DNA from: a plasmid
DNA length: 64,000 nucleotides
Direction: 5' to 3' (one strand)
Sequence record: NZ_CP118944.1
Each line of letters begins with the position of its first letter. Position 1 is the stretch's first letter. Both the position numbers and the translations under genes were made by a program. A model generated the notes under the pieces. That model made no database searches, was not told the DNA's origin, and saw only the letters and a program-made list of their open reading frames with translations. This document shows positions 22,088-31,528 of the stretch, piece by piece.

Positions 22088-22156
22088 CTGCCGCGCTATC
22101 GCTTGCCTGCTGGCTTGTTCGTCGCAGCGAAACGATGCCGCGCCTCAAAGCCCAGC
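22088..22156 (+). repeat. Short repeated element (~70 bp, REP/MITE-like), copy 1 of 3
   Basis: CTGCCGCGCTATCGCTTGCCTGCTGGCTTGTTCGTCGCAGCG…CCTCAAAGCCCAGC. Near-identical copies at 25197-25264 (inverted) and 50210-50277. Confidence 0.6.
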
Positions 22157-22588
22157 CGCTACTTGCCGCTATCTGCTCAGAATTGTGATCTCAATCAATT
22201 TAACCATACCACTGGTACGGTATGGTGTTTGTACACGGAGATACCTAGCTCGTAATAACAGGCATACCCGTTGTGCAAAAAGAAAACCCCCTGCGCTAAC
22301 AGGGGGCAGCACGTAAACCCGTTCCAGGAGTAAACATGACCACTCACAGTAACAAAAAGCGGGGGATACGTCTAATGGACGTTCCTCACATGCCCGCCGA
22401 ACAGGCCATCATATTGCTCATGCAAAAAGCGGCCTGGGTCAGGGAGGCAATGGCAAAACATTGTTATCGCCAGATATCACAGCACAGATAACGTGAAATA
22501 CAAAATAGGCGGGATACCCGCCTATTACATTTATTTTCTTATTAAGGTGAAAATACTTTAACCGTCCCAGTGGTATGGTATAATTGTT

Positions 22589-23080
22589 TTGTGGTACGGG
22601 ATTGGCCTGGACCCAAAAAACAGGATTGCCTGTATGTTCACTGAAAGAGAAAAACGGATTATCGCGCTGGCGCACAGCATTATTGCTCGCCGCTTCACTC
22701 GACTGGACTCACTGAACAGCCCCGAGATGGTGGTCGAGTATTTGAAAACCCGCTTCGCCACACTGGAACATGAAACCTTTGCCATGATCCTGTTGGACAA
22801 TCAGCACCGCGTTATCAACGCCGTTGACCTTAGCCACGGCACGATTGATTCCGCCGCCGTGTATCCGCGTGAAGTCGTCAAAACCGCACTGAAACATAAC
22901 GCCGCTGCCGTGATACTGGCTCACAATCATCCGTCCGGTGTCGCAGAGCCAAGCCGTGCAGATCGCCAAATCACCGAGCGACTGCAAGCCGCGCTGGATC
23001 TCGTTGATATTCGAGTGCTGGATCATATTGTGGTCGCCGGTGAAAACAGCCTGTCATTTGCAGAGCGGGGATTAATTTAA
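22589..23080 (+). CDS. radC: RadC-like JAB/MPN domain protein
   Basis: 163 aa. HNHPSG motif (ILAHNHPSGVAEPSRADRQIT) diagnostic of the RadC/JAB fold. The true start may be M at ~22634. Confidence 0.8.
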   Translation: MWYGIGLDPKNRIACMFTEREKRIIALAHSIIARRFTRLDSLNSPEMVVEYLKTRFATLEHETFAMILLDNQHRVINAVDLSHGTIDSAAVYPREVVKTALKHNAAAVILAHNHPSGVAEPSRADRQITERLQAALDLVDIRVLDHIVVAGENSLSFAERGLI

Positions 23081-23119
23081 ACACTGCGCCGCCCCTGACG
23101 GGGCGGCTGGAGCCTTATC

Positions 23120-23482
23120 ATGTCTGAACATAAAGCTATCTACGATGTCACTGGCCTGGATTGTTCTATCGAGGAATTCAAAATGCGGCCTTGTGTCCGA
23201 CACCGCTATTCGCCTGAATTTGTGCTGCCTACGCCGGATGAAATCAAGTTTGTCCGTACTGCCTTGTTAGGCTGGCCACAAACCAAGCTAGGGGCGTTTT
23301 TGGGCTATCCCATCGATCCAAAAGGTTGCCCGACAGTCAGGCGCTGGGAGCGCCCTGTTGATACAAACAATCATCGCGCTATTGAATACAACGCCTGGCG
23401 GCGCATCTTGCTGGCGGCGGGCGTGATTGAGGGGGTGGAGGATCTACAGATCGCCGACCGATATCTCGAGTTTATTGGGTAA
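23120..23482 (+). CDS. Hypothetical protein (120 aa)
   Basis: ORF 40 nt downstream of radC-like gene; no family recognised. Confidence 0.35.
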   Translation: MSEHKAIYDVTGLDCSIEEFKMRPCVRHRYSPEFVLPTPDEIKFVRTALLGWPQTKLGAFLGYPIDPKGCPTVRRWERPVDTNNHRAIEYNAWRRILLAAGVIEGVEDLQIADRYLEFIG

Positions 23483-23488
23483 ACGACC

Positions 23489-23689
23489 ATGGTGACATTC
23501 GACTATCGGAGCGGCATTTTGGAAGCTGCTGATACCAAGACTGGCTATGAATGGTGTTGGTTTAAAGGGGACTCGGAGATAACGAGAAGTATTGAGGGGG
23601 AACTGGCCGGTTCGCTCAGTGTGCCCCCCGGTGCGTCGGTTGTGGCCGTTAAAACGATCATTCGTGGTGACGCCAGGGTGAGAGCGTGA
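23489..23689 (+). CDS. Hypothetical small protein (66 aa)
   Basis: Short ORF, its 3' end overlaps the IS transposase gene end. Weak. Confidence 0.2.
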   Translation: MVTFDYRSGILEAADTKTGYEWCWFKGDSEITRSIEGELAGSLSVPPGASVVAVKTIIRGDARVRA

Positions 23690-24857
23690 ACATTTTGTTA
23701 AATTTCACCCAGTTTTTTGAGACCGCATTGAGTACCGTTTCCAGATATTCACTGCTCATTCCTGCGATTTTTTGCTTCCGTCTTACGCTCGCCTTGCGTG
23801 AAGTCTCGGCCCTGAGCATGTTCAGCCCCATGTGCCGGATGCACGCCAAAATCTCTGCGGCATCACCGCGATAAATCGGGCAATCATCCTCGCCCATCGT
23901 GACGTCCAGCACCCAGTGCAGGCTATTTTCGATGGCCCAGTGCCCACGCACCGCTCGCGCAAACTCATCCTGCACCAACGCTTTGGAACTGATGAAATAA
24001 CGCTGCTCTATGGTAATTTTTTGCATATTTTCAACGCGATAGGAGATGGCCACGCCAATGCTGTGCAACTGTTTCCAATGAGGAAACTGGGCGGCCAACT
24101 CGCCCGCCGCCATGACATGGTACTCACGACCATCGATGCGGCCATGAGCCTTCTCAAGCGTCATCGTCTCTGCGCATAACGGGGTGGCCGCCAGCGGGGC
24201 GAGGGCCTGTCGAACCGCCTCGAACAACTTGGGTTGGTTGCCTTTGACGGCCAATAAGTAATCGCCACCTTGCTGAAGGATGGTCTCGGCGATCTCGGTC
24301 TGGCACCCCATCGCATCGATGGATACCAGGCAGCCTTTGATGTCGAGCAGCGCCAGCAACTCGGGAATAGCGGTAATTTCATTGGACTTGGCGTCGGTTT
24401 TTATCTGTCCGAGCACCAGCTTATTGGCGGCGGCATAGGCACTGACCATGTGAATGGTCGACGTTCGATCCTCACGGTCATAGGAACTGCGCAGGGTTTT
24501 GCCATCGATAGCGACCAGGGCGCCATCGGTGTGCTGGTTAATGGCTTGAGTCCACCGCACAAAGGCGGCCTGAAACGGCTCTGGTTTGATGCCGGAGATG
24601 ATCCTGGCAATGGTGTCATGGACAGGAATGCCGTTTTTAAACAGTCCCTTGGATTGAAACCAGGGAAGATGAACCTCGCCGAAATCCTCAATATCTTCCC
24701 AGCCCTCAGCCCCGCCGATCACGGCACAGACGGTGAGAAACAGGACATCGTAGAAGGGATAATAAATCTTGGCATGCTGGCGAGGGTCGTGAATATTGTC
24801 GAAGAACTGAGCGAAAACGGCATCAATAGACATGAGAGCACTCCTGAAAAGGAGCAT
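23658..24857 (-). CDS. ISAs1-family transposase (H-repeat-associated protein type)
   Basis: 399-aa ORF; the likely start is MSIDAVFAQFFDNIHDPRQ…. This N-terminus and …GHWAIENSLHWVLDVTMGEDDCPIYRGDAAEILACIRHMGLNMLR are characteristic of the ISAs1 family. Confidence 0.8.
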   Translation of the reverse strand: MLLFRSALMSIDAVFAQFFDNIHDPRQHAKIYYPFYDVLFLTVCAVIGGAEGWEDIEDFGEVHLPWFQSKGLFKNGIPVHDTIARIISGIKPEPFQAAFVRWTQAINQHTDGALVAIDGKTLRSSYDREDRTSTIHMVSAYAAANKLVLGQIKTDAKSNEITAIPELLALLDIKGCLVSIDAMGCQTEIAETILQQGGDYLLAVKGNQPKLFEAVRQALAPLAATPLCAETMTLEKAHGRIDGREYHVMAAGELAAQFPHWKQLHSIGVAISYRVENMQKITIEQRYFISSKALVQDEFARAVRGHWAIENSLHWVLDVTMGEDDCPIYRGDAAEILACIRHMGLNMLRAETSRKASVRRKQKIAGMSSEYLETVLNAVSKNWVKFNKMFTLSPWRHHE

Positions 24858-25196
24858 GAGATCACAGCCGGATCACCAGGTCAAATTTCAGGGTGAGGAT
24901 GTGAGCAAATTGTTAACTATGGAAATCATGGAAATTATCATTTTTTGGATTTCATGCGCATTTTTTGAGCTGAAATGACGTGCAGTGACGATTAAAAAGT
25001 GTGAAGGCGATCCTGACTATAAAGTTAACTGCATATCACAGGCCTATAAGTATTTGTTTTGTAGGCAAAAAACTATTTTTAATTTTTAACAAAATGTTCA
25101 CGATCTCGCCCTGGTGGTGACGCCAAGCGTTAGCATTACCTGGAAGGGTCAATACAGGCATCTGACCTGCCACTTGGCAGGCCAGAGAGAGTAAAG

Positions 25197-25264
25197 ACTG
25201 GGCTTTGAGGCGGGGCATCTTTGCGCTGCGACGAACAAGCCAGCAGGCAAGCGCAGCGCGGCAG
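25197..25264 (-). repeat. REP/MITE-like short repeat, copy 2 of 3 (inverted)
   Basis: Reverse complement matches 22088-22156. Confidence 0.6.
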
Positions 25265-25277
25265 AAACCGGTTGTGG

Positions 25278-25730
25278 TTAACATTGGCTTCTAACATGTG
25301 CGCATGTTCTCTTGATGCGTACCTTATTGTATTCAGATACGAGACGCCTGGCGCGGTCTCTTTGATTCAGGTAAATGAGCTCAATAATCACTAAAGGGAT
25401 CAAATAGATGAAAAAGGCCGCTGTGCTCTGTTCTTTAACTTGTGTCAAGGGACCTGTGATAACCAAGAATAAATATAGTGCGCAGGTAAAGAAGAACGTT
25501 ATAAAGCAACATAATGATATCATCATTTGATAATTCACTGCCGCGAGGTTGTGCCTATTTGCCTTGATATATTTAGCAAGTTTCAATTTATTATATCTGA
25601 AGGCTTTTTTCATCTTGTGTTTGAAAAACAAGAATACGCGAGAAACAATCCAGGCAAAGAATAATGGGAAGCCCATGTTAAACCACCAGGCAGGGCTACT
25701 GAAATTTATAGCTATTTCATTCATGCATAA
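25278..25730 (-). CDS. AT-rich small integral membrane protein (~150 aa; ORF track extends to 25952 through the GC-rich repeat)
   Basis: Multiple hydrophobic segments (FPLFFAWIVSRVFLFF; ISLCCFITFFFTCALYLFLVITG; FFIYLIPLVIIELIY). The N-terminal extension in the ORF track is GC-rich repeat sequence and is probably not coding. Confidence 0.4.
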   Translation of the reverse strand, partial: LCMNEIAINFSSPAWWFNMGFPLFFAWIVSRVFLFFKHKMKKAFRYNKLKLAKYIKANRHNLAAVNYQMMISLCCFITFFFTCALYLFLVITGPLTQVKEQSTAAFFIYLIPLVIIELIYLNQRDRARRLVSEYNKVRIKRTCAHVRSQC

Positions 25731-25824
25731 TATCTCCATGTCGGTGCAATACTGCGCTTTTTGAATCGCTAGATTAGCAGGATCGACATTGCAACTCGAA
25801 TAGTCAAAAACGAACAAGGGGATG

Positions 25825-26248
25825 GGCATGACCGCAAGCGGTCGCGCTGTCATGCTGCGCATCGAGTCGGCGAACTGATGCCGTCTCGACCCTTCGGGTT
25901 TCCATCGCTCATGCCTACGCCTCTGCGAGGCTGCGCGCTCCGCTTGCCGCACCCGTGGCCAGCTCCATCGCGATGTCTTGCCCCTCTAAGCCCTTCACCG
26001 CCAGTCAATCTACACGCCCGGTCGTTGTGACCAGTGTTCGCGCTGCCGCCCTCCTCACCCGTTCGCACTCTCTTCGTTCGCTTGCGCTGCGGCTTGCGGG
26101 GGCGCACTGGTCTCGCCTCCCTTGGTGCGTGTTGATTTCCCTCTTCGCGGCGAAGAACTCAGAGAGGCAAATCAAATCAAGCAACGCAGTAAAGAGCCAC
26201 GGGCGCTGAACACCTAGAGCGCAGCTCAGAATCTAGAGACGCAAATGG
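25825..26248 (+). repeat. ~424-bp GC-rich structured repeat element, copy 1 (intact), directly upstream of a leading-region operon
   Basis: Near-identical to 29979-30368 plus 31531-31562. It contains a near-perfect palindrome GACCGCaaGCGGTC and many internal inverted repeats (CCGCAAGCGG / CGGCTTGCGG, GCGCGCTCCGCTTGCCGC). Confidence 0.75.
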
Positions 26249-26283
26249 GCTCAACCCCCAACACACCATCAGGAGAGGCAATC

Positions 26284-28341
26284 ATGAGTGCAACCATCAT
26301 CACCATGGAAGAGTTCAAAACAGCAGCACAACAAGCCGAGCTGGCCGCCCGGTTTGTCCGCCGCCCGGTGTCTGTGCAGGTGCTCTGGTCCGAGTCTGAC
26401 GCATGGGAGGCAGATCAGCTCCTCAGTTTTGGCGAGTTTGAAGCCCAGGCGCTGGCCGTGGCCATGGCTCACGCCGCTGGCGGGTATCTCAAAACCAAAA
26501 TCACGGTCACCTTTGATGATGGTAAAACCTACACGGCCCGCATTGACCTGGCTGCAGGCGATGAGCTCTGCTTTGCCCATCACTGCGCGGCCATGCTGCG
26601 CCATTACGAGACCGCCGAGGGCCGCGAATATTACGGCAGCATGGGGCCGGATGCGCTCGCATTGATCGAGTTTGTCCAGGGCGTGGATTTTGGCCGCGCC
26701 GGTCAGCTTATCGATGAGATGGAACAAACCGCCGCACTCGCCGTTACGCTGGCCAAAGAACAAGCCGCCGCACAGGCTGCCGCCAATGAGCAAGCCGCGA
26801 AGCAGGCGTTTAACGCTGACATTGAGCGTCTCGCCAGTGCCCAGGAATACGCCCATTTGACCCGGATTGGTCGGGCTGGCGCGAAAGAGGTGGCCAAAAA
26901 CATTCGCGCCGACCTGAAAAAGGCATGGCCTGCCGTGAAATTTTCCGTGCGCTGCGAGCGTGGCGGCTGGTCTTCGAGTGTGCGCGTGAGTTGGACGGAT
27001 GGCCCCACCGTGGCAGAGGTTGACGCTCTGGTTAACCGTTACGAGGGCGGGCGTTTCAATGGCATGACCGATTGTTACGAGCACAATGCCAGCCCGTTTA
27101 ACGAGGTGTTTGGTTACGTTGATTACCTTTTTACCTCCCGTGACCGCTCTCCCGCACTGGATACCCTGGCTAAGGCCGTGATCTTGCAGGAAACCGGTGT
27201 GGCGGTCACCAGAGATGAAAACCAGCTCATCGAGGGGGAATTTGCCCTGACCCTGATGCACCGCGCTTGCTATCGCATTGGCATCACTCACACCGGGTAC
27301 CAGCTGGATGGTCAGCCATGGACACCTGCCAGCGAGTCGGAACAGCCAGACATGGCCCCCGTTACCCAGCTGCAGCCCGCCAGCATTGAGCCCAAGCCCA
27401 CATTTCGTGCCCATCGCGTGGCCGATGGCTGGACGGTGTCGATCTCGCAGGGCGACCAGCTTCACCGCTTTGAGGGGCTCCAGGCGCACAGCTTTGCCGA
27501 GGCTTGCCGCGTGGCCTGGGCATTGCTGATGCAGACCACCCCACCGGATGATGATCCCGACGGTGGTCAACCGCTGCCGGTGGCGCCGGTCGCCGAGCCG
27601 GTCAATCAGACCATGCAGGGGGGCGAGGCCCCCACTCCTACCCGTGCCGCGCTGCTGGGTGACTATCAGGGCCGTGTCGAAGCAAAGCGCGAGCGCCTCG
27701 AGGGGCGAGCAGGAAAGGCCCAAGACGAAAGCGCTGGCCGTCATGCCGCCGTGCGTTCCATCCTCAGCTGGATTGTGCCGGGTCAGCCGATCCTGGTGGG
27801 CCACCATAGTGAATGGCGACACCGTCGCGATCTGGCCCGGGTCGATCACCACATGGGGCAGGCGGTTGCATTGGCCAGGAAAGCCGAGCACCTGGCGCAA
27901 CGCGCCGAAGCGGTCGGCCAGGGCGGGATCGCCAGCGATGATCCCGACGCGCTGGCGCAGCTGCAAGGCAAGTTGGCCAAGCAGGAAGCCAGGCAACAAG
28001 CTATGAAGGACGCCAACAGGGCAAAGCGCAGCACTTACCAGGCATGGCAGCTCAGTAACAACGGGGCGGAGATCCGCCGCTTGCGCCAACGTATCGAGCA
28101 GCTAAGGGCGTTGCACAGCGCTGCACCGATCGAGCAGGCAGGGCAGGGCTGGCGCATGTTCGAGGATGATGGGCGCATTCAGATCCATTTTGACGGCAAG
28201 CCCGCCGCAGCGTTGCGCCAGCTGTGCAAGGGGGCCGGGTTCGTCTGGTCGCCCAGCCGCTGCGCCTGGGTGCGCAAAGTGACCGCCCGAGCCGTCCGGG
28301 AGGCCCGTCGATTGGCTGGCGCATTGCCTGCAGAGGATTAA
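26284..28341 (+). CDS. Large hypothetical protein (685 aa from ATG 26284; ORF track start 26245); coiled-coil Ala/Gln-rich centre; C-terminal region with GHHSE motif (DUF3560-like, tentative)
   Basis: RBS GGAGAGG 6 nt before ATG 26284. The C-terminal segment DYQGRVEAKRERLEGRAGKAQDESAGRHAAVRSILSWIVPGQPILVGHHSEWRHRRD resembles DUF3560 proteins as remembered. Followed by an orphan MTase, as often seen in plasmid leading regions. Confidence 0.6.
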   Translation: MSATIITMEEFKTAAQQAELAARFVRRPVSVQVLWSESDAWEADQLLSFGEFEAQALAVAMAHAAGGYLKTKITVTFDDGKTYTARIDLAAGDELCFAHHCAAMLRHYETAEGREYYGSMGPDALALIEFVQGVDFGRAGQLIDEMEQTAALAVTLAKEQAAAQAAANEQAAKQAFNADIERLASAQEYAHLTRIGRAGAKEVAKNIRADLKKAWPAVKFSVRCERGGWSSSVRVSWTDGPTVAEVDALVNRYEGGRFNGMTDCYEHNASPFNEVFGYVDYLFTSRDRSPALDTLAKAVILQETGVAVTRDENQLIEGEFALTLMHRACYRIGITHTGYQLDGQPWTPASESEQPDMAPVTQLQPASIEPKPTFRAHRVADGWTVSISQGDQLHRFEGLQAHSFAEACRVAWALLMQTTPPDDDPDGGQPLPVAPVAEPVNQTMQGGEAPTPTRAALLGDYQGRVEAKRERLEGRAGKAQDESAGRHAAVRSILSWIVPGQPILVGHHSEWRHRRDLARVDHHMGQAVALARKAEHLAQRAEAVGQGGIASDDPDALAQLQGKLAKQEARQQAMKDANRAKRSTYQAWQLSNNGAEIRRLRQRIEQLRALHSAAPIEQAGQGWRMFEDDGRIQIHFDGKPAAALRQLCKGAGFVWSPSRCAWVRKVTARAVREARRLAGALPAED

Positions 28342-28738
28342 CCCCTGTGCCTTCTCATCAGCCCCGGCTTGCTGGGGCTTTCCCCTATAGACAAGGCTGG
28401 GCGCTCGCGCCCGCTCTTTGTTGCTGCCGGGTGACTACCGTTGGTTCTGCCCCCTGGTGCCTCCTGGCACGTTGTGGGGATAACCGTTTCTGAATAGAAG
28501 TGCAAAGCCCTGCCCCGAAAACCCTGCTGCCCTCTGCCATCGTGCAATGCCCCGCATTGCGGGACGCAAACAGCCTTCAAGCGGCTTTCGCGGCATATCC
28601 TCGCCGCGAAAAGCATACGGCTGCGGTATTCCACGTCCGCTTGACCCGCTGCGATGCATTGCGTGTTGGCCTCGGGCAGCAGGGAATGGCAACCATCCCG
28701 GAGACCTCCTGCCGCCCTTCTATGACGAGGCCAATACC

Positions 28739-29383
28739 ATGTCACGATTCATGTTGGGTGATAGCGTTCAGATCATGTCTACGTTTCCAGATGCTGCAGT
28801 GGACTTCATTTTGACCGATCCGCCGTACCTGGTCGGATTTAAAGACCGCTCCGGGCGATCGATTGCCAATGACGTTAATGATGAATGGGTGCTGCCTGCC
28901 TTTACGCAGATGTATCGGGTGTTAAAGCCCCACTCGCTGGCGGTGAGTTTCTACGGCTGGAACCGGGTCGATACCTTTATGGCCGCCTGGAAGCAGGCCG
29001 GGTTTCGGGTTGTCGGTCATCTGGTGTTCACCAAGTCCTATGCGTCCAAAGCGGCCTTTGTCGGCTATCGCCATGAATGCGCTTACCTGCTCGCCAAAGG
29101 CCGTCCCCAGGTGCCCGCGCAGCCGTTGCCGGATGTGATGCCCTGGGCCTACTCAGGTAATCGACACCATCCCACCGAGAAGCCGGTGAGCGCGTTGCAG
29201 CCCCTGATAGAGTCATTTACCCGTCCGGGTGACATTGTGCTCGACCCGTTCGCAGGCTCCGGCTCTACGTGTGTGGCGGCGGCCAAGTGTGGGCGGCGCT
29301 ATATAGGGATCGAGTTGCTGCCGCATTATCACCAGGCAGGGTTAAACCGACTGAATCTGGCCAATGGACTGCGGGCCGCATAG
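28739..29383 (+). CDS. Orphan DNA methyltransferase (N6-adenine/N4-cytosine, beta-class motif order)
   Basis: 214 aa from ATG 28739 (MSRFMLGDSVQIMSTFPDAAVDFILTDPPYLVGF…). DPPY motif IV precedes motif I DPFAGSGSTCVAAAKCGRRYIGIE. No adjacent restriction gene. Confidence 0.8.
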   Translation: MSRFMLGDSVQIMSTFPDAAVDFILTDPPYLVGFKDRSGRSIANDVNDEWVLPAFTQMYRVLKPHSLAVSFYGWNRVDTFMAAWKQAGFRVVGHLVFTKSYASKAAFVGYRHECAYLLAKGRPQVPAQPLPDVMPWAYSGNRHHPTEKPVSALQPLIESFTRPGDIVLDPFAGSGSTCVAAAKCGRRYIGIELLPHYHQAGLNRLNLANGLRAA

Positions 29384-29397
29384 GGGAGGGGAAGAAG

Positions 29398-29637
29398 ATG
29401 CGAGAACTTGAAACACGGTTAGGCGACATGGCAAAGCAAGCCCTTGAACTGCTCAAGACCATGGAGGCGGTCAGAATGGAGGCCAACGAGGCAAGGTTGG
29501 CAGGGACAGGCGTCGAGCCCGTTGAGCGGTTGTTGCTCCACCTGATCATCGAGGAAGAGGGGGCCGTGCGGTCGGTAGCGAGAAATCTGGCAACCTGGCA
29601 GCACTTGACCTGTCATCAACCCGAGTCAGTCGAATGA
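29398..29637 (+). CDS. Small hypothetical protein (79 aa, MRELETRLGDMAKQALELLKTMEAV…)
   Basis: ATG preceded by GGGGAGGGGAAGAAG RBS-like sequence. Predicted helical/coiled-coil. Confidence 0.35.
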   Translation: MRELETRLGDMAKQALELLKTMEAVRMEANEARLAGTGVEPVERLLLHLIIEEEGAVRSVARNLATWQHLTCHQPESVE

Positions 29638-29770
29638 CATCGATTTACCCAAGCCTCAGCCTTCGGCTGCGGCTTGGCCGCCTTACAGGCGGTTAGGCTC
29701 CGGGGGCTGTTCCTTCAATATCACTTTTTAAGCCTGGTGCTTGCTCGATGGTGTGACCGGGTGAATCATC

Positions 29771-29924
29771 CTGGTCTGCTGGGTCTGCTGGGTCTGCTGG
29801 GTCTGCTGGGTCTGCTGGGTCTGCTGGGTCTGCTGGGTCTGCTGGGTCTGCTGGGTCTGCTGGGTCTGCTGGGTCTGCTGGGTCTGCTGGGTCTGCTGGG
29901 TCTGCTGGGTCTGCTGGGTCTGCT
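29771..29924. repeat. Tandem array of a 9-bp unit (GGGTCTGCT) x ~17
   Basis: Perfect period-9 repetition seen directly. Translates as (LLG)n / (QTQ)n / (ADP)n in all frames with no convincing start/RBS, so it is treated as non-coding. Confidence 0.9.
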
Positions 29925-30370
29925 CTCCCCTTATCAATCAAATGCCGTTTTTGATGGTTCAATTTTACAAAATGACTTGGGCATGACCGCGAGCGGTCGC
30001 GCTGTCATGCTTCGCATCGAGTCAGCGAAAAGATGCTGTCTCGCCCCTTCGGGTTTCCATCGCTCATGCCTACGCCTCTGCGAGGCTGCGCGCTCCGCTT
30101 GCCGCACCCATGGCCAGCTTCATCGCTCTGCCTTGCCCCTCTAAGCCCTTCACCGCCAGGCAAATTAACACGCCGGTCGCCGCTGCCAGTGTTCGCTTCG
30201 CCATCTCCTCACCCGTTCGCACTCTCTTCGTTCGCTTGCGCTGCGGCTTGCGGGGATGCACAGGCATCGTCTCCCTTGTCGCGTGTTGTTTCCCTTTCTT
30301 GCGGCGAAGAACTCAGAGAGGCAAATCAAATCAAGCAACGCAGTAAAGAGCCACGGGCGCTGAAAACCTA

Positions 30371-31528
30371 AATAGCTGTTCCGAATAGTAGATCACCGGA
30401 GGAAGGGAACTCAGTCCAGTTTGTGCGATCTGATTAGTCGCTAAACAAAACAAGCCACACCCAAAGGACTGAGTTGATGCCTATCCTACCACCTCTGCCA
30501 CGACCACAACGGCGCCGCATTCACAAAATCATCCATGCCACCCGTGATAAAGGACATGCTCGTCGCTTGATGGCCATCTTGCTGTTACATGAAGGACGCA
30601 CGATCACCGATGTTCATCACCTTACCGGCGCTGCGCGCTCGACCATCGGTCGTTGGCTTCGGTGGTATCGAGATGAAGGCATAGATGCGCTAGAAGCCTT
30701 ACCGGCTGGCCGTGCCCCAGTCTTACCTATCGCCAAGATTGTCACCCTACTGGTGCTGCTCATGCAGTTTTCTCCGCAAGATTTTGGTTATCAGCGCAGC
30801 CGTTGGTGTACTGAACTATTGGCTATAAAAATCAATCGGTTAACAGGGCTCAATGTGGCAGCCTCCACGCTCCGCCGATGGTTACCTCGTATGGGCATTG
30901 TCTGGCGCAGGCCCGTGCCGACCTTGCGGATAAAAGACCCAGCCTATCAGGAAAAAATGGCGAATATCGACGCCGCGCTGGCCCGCTGTGATGCCGATAA
31001 TCCGGTGTTTTATGAGGATGAAGTCGATATAGACCTCAATCCCAAATTAGGAGCCGACTGGATGTTCAGAGCGCAGCAAAAGCGGGTTGTCACACCGGGG
31101 CAGAATGCCAAGCATTATCTGGCAGGCGTTCTCCACGCAGGCAACGGAAGGGTACTTTACGTCAGCGGGATCAAGAAAAACTCATCGCTGTTTATTGCCA
31201 TGCTGGAAAAGCTGCGCCACCACTACCGACGAGCCAAAACCATCACGTTGATCCTCGATAACTACATCATTCACAAAAGCAAACAGACCGAGCGATGGTT
31301 GAAGAAGAATCCCAAGTTCTGCCTGGTGTTCCAGCCAGTTTACAGCCCTTGGGTTAATCACATAGAACGGCTATGGCACAAGTTACATGAAACCATCACG
31401 CGCAATCATCAATGCAGAGGGATGGCAAACCTGCTGGCCCGAGTGAAACACTTCATGGATACCGTGTCTCCTTTCCCGGGGAATGGCTATGGCACAGCGA
31501 AGGTGTAGCACTATTGGGATCAGTTATT
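30371..31528 (+). mobile_element. IS630-family insertion sequence, copy 2 (identical to copy 1, same orientation), TA duplication in CTAG
   Basis: 1158 bp, flanked by TA at 30369-30370 and 31529-31530 within a CTAG that is intact in the uninterrupted repeat copy. Confidence 0.88.
30474..31508 (+). CDS. IS630-family DDE transposase (copy 2)
   Basis: Identical 344-aa product to 7763-8797. Confidence 0.85.
   Translation: MMPILPPLPRPQRRRIHKIIHATRDKGHARRLMAILLLHEGRTITDVHHLTGAARSTIGRWLRWYRDEGIDALEALPAGRAPVLPIAKIVTLLVLLMQFSPQDFGYQRSRWCTELLAIKINRLTGLNVAASTLRRWLPRMGIVWRRPVPTLRIKDPAYQEKMANIDAALARCDADNPVFYEDEVDIDLNPKLGADWMFRAQQKRVVTPGQNAKHYLAGVLHAGNGRVLYVSGIKKNSSLFIAMLEKLRHHYRRAKTITLILDNYIIHKSKQTERWLKKNPKFCLVFQPVYSPWVNHIERLWHKLHETITRNHQCRGMANLLARVKHFMDTVSPFPGNGYGTAKV

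Noticed and set aside
26269-28089. 606-aa minus-strand ORF antisense to the 685-aa leading-region gene
   Set aside because: Typical long mirror ORF of a GC-rich gene. The plus-strand ORF has a good RBS (GGAGAGG) and protein-like composition, and is co-oriented with the downstream MTase. The minus ORF is Gly/Leu/Arg-rich with no start context.
29674-30144. ORF-track proteins made of (LLG)n, (QTQ)n or (ADP)n across 29674-30144 and the opposite strand
   Set aside because: They are just the three-frame translations of the 9-bp tandem array. No RBS or sensible start, and the flanks are repeat-element sequence, so I treat it as non-coding repeat DNA.
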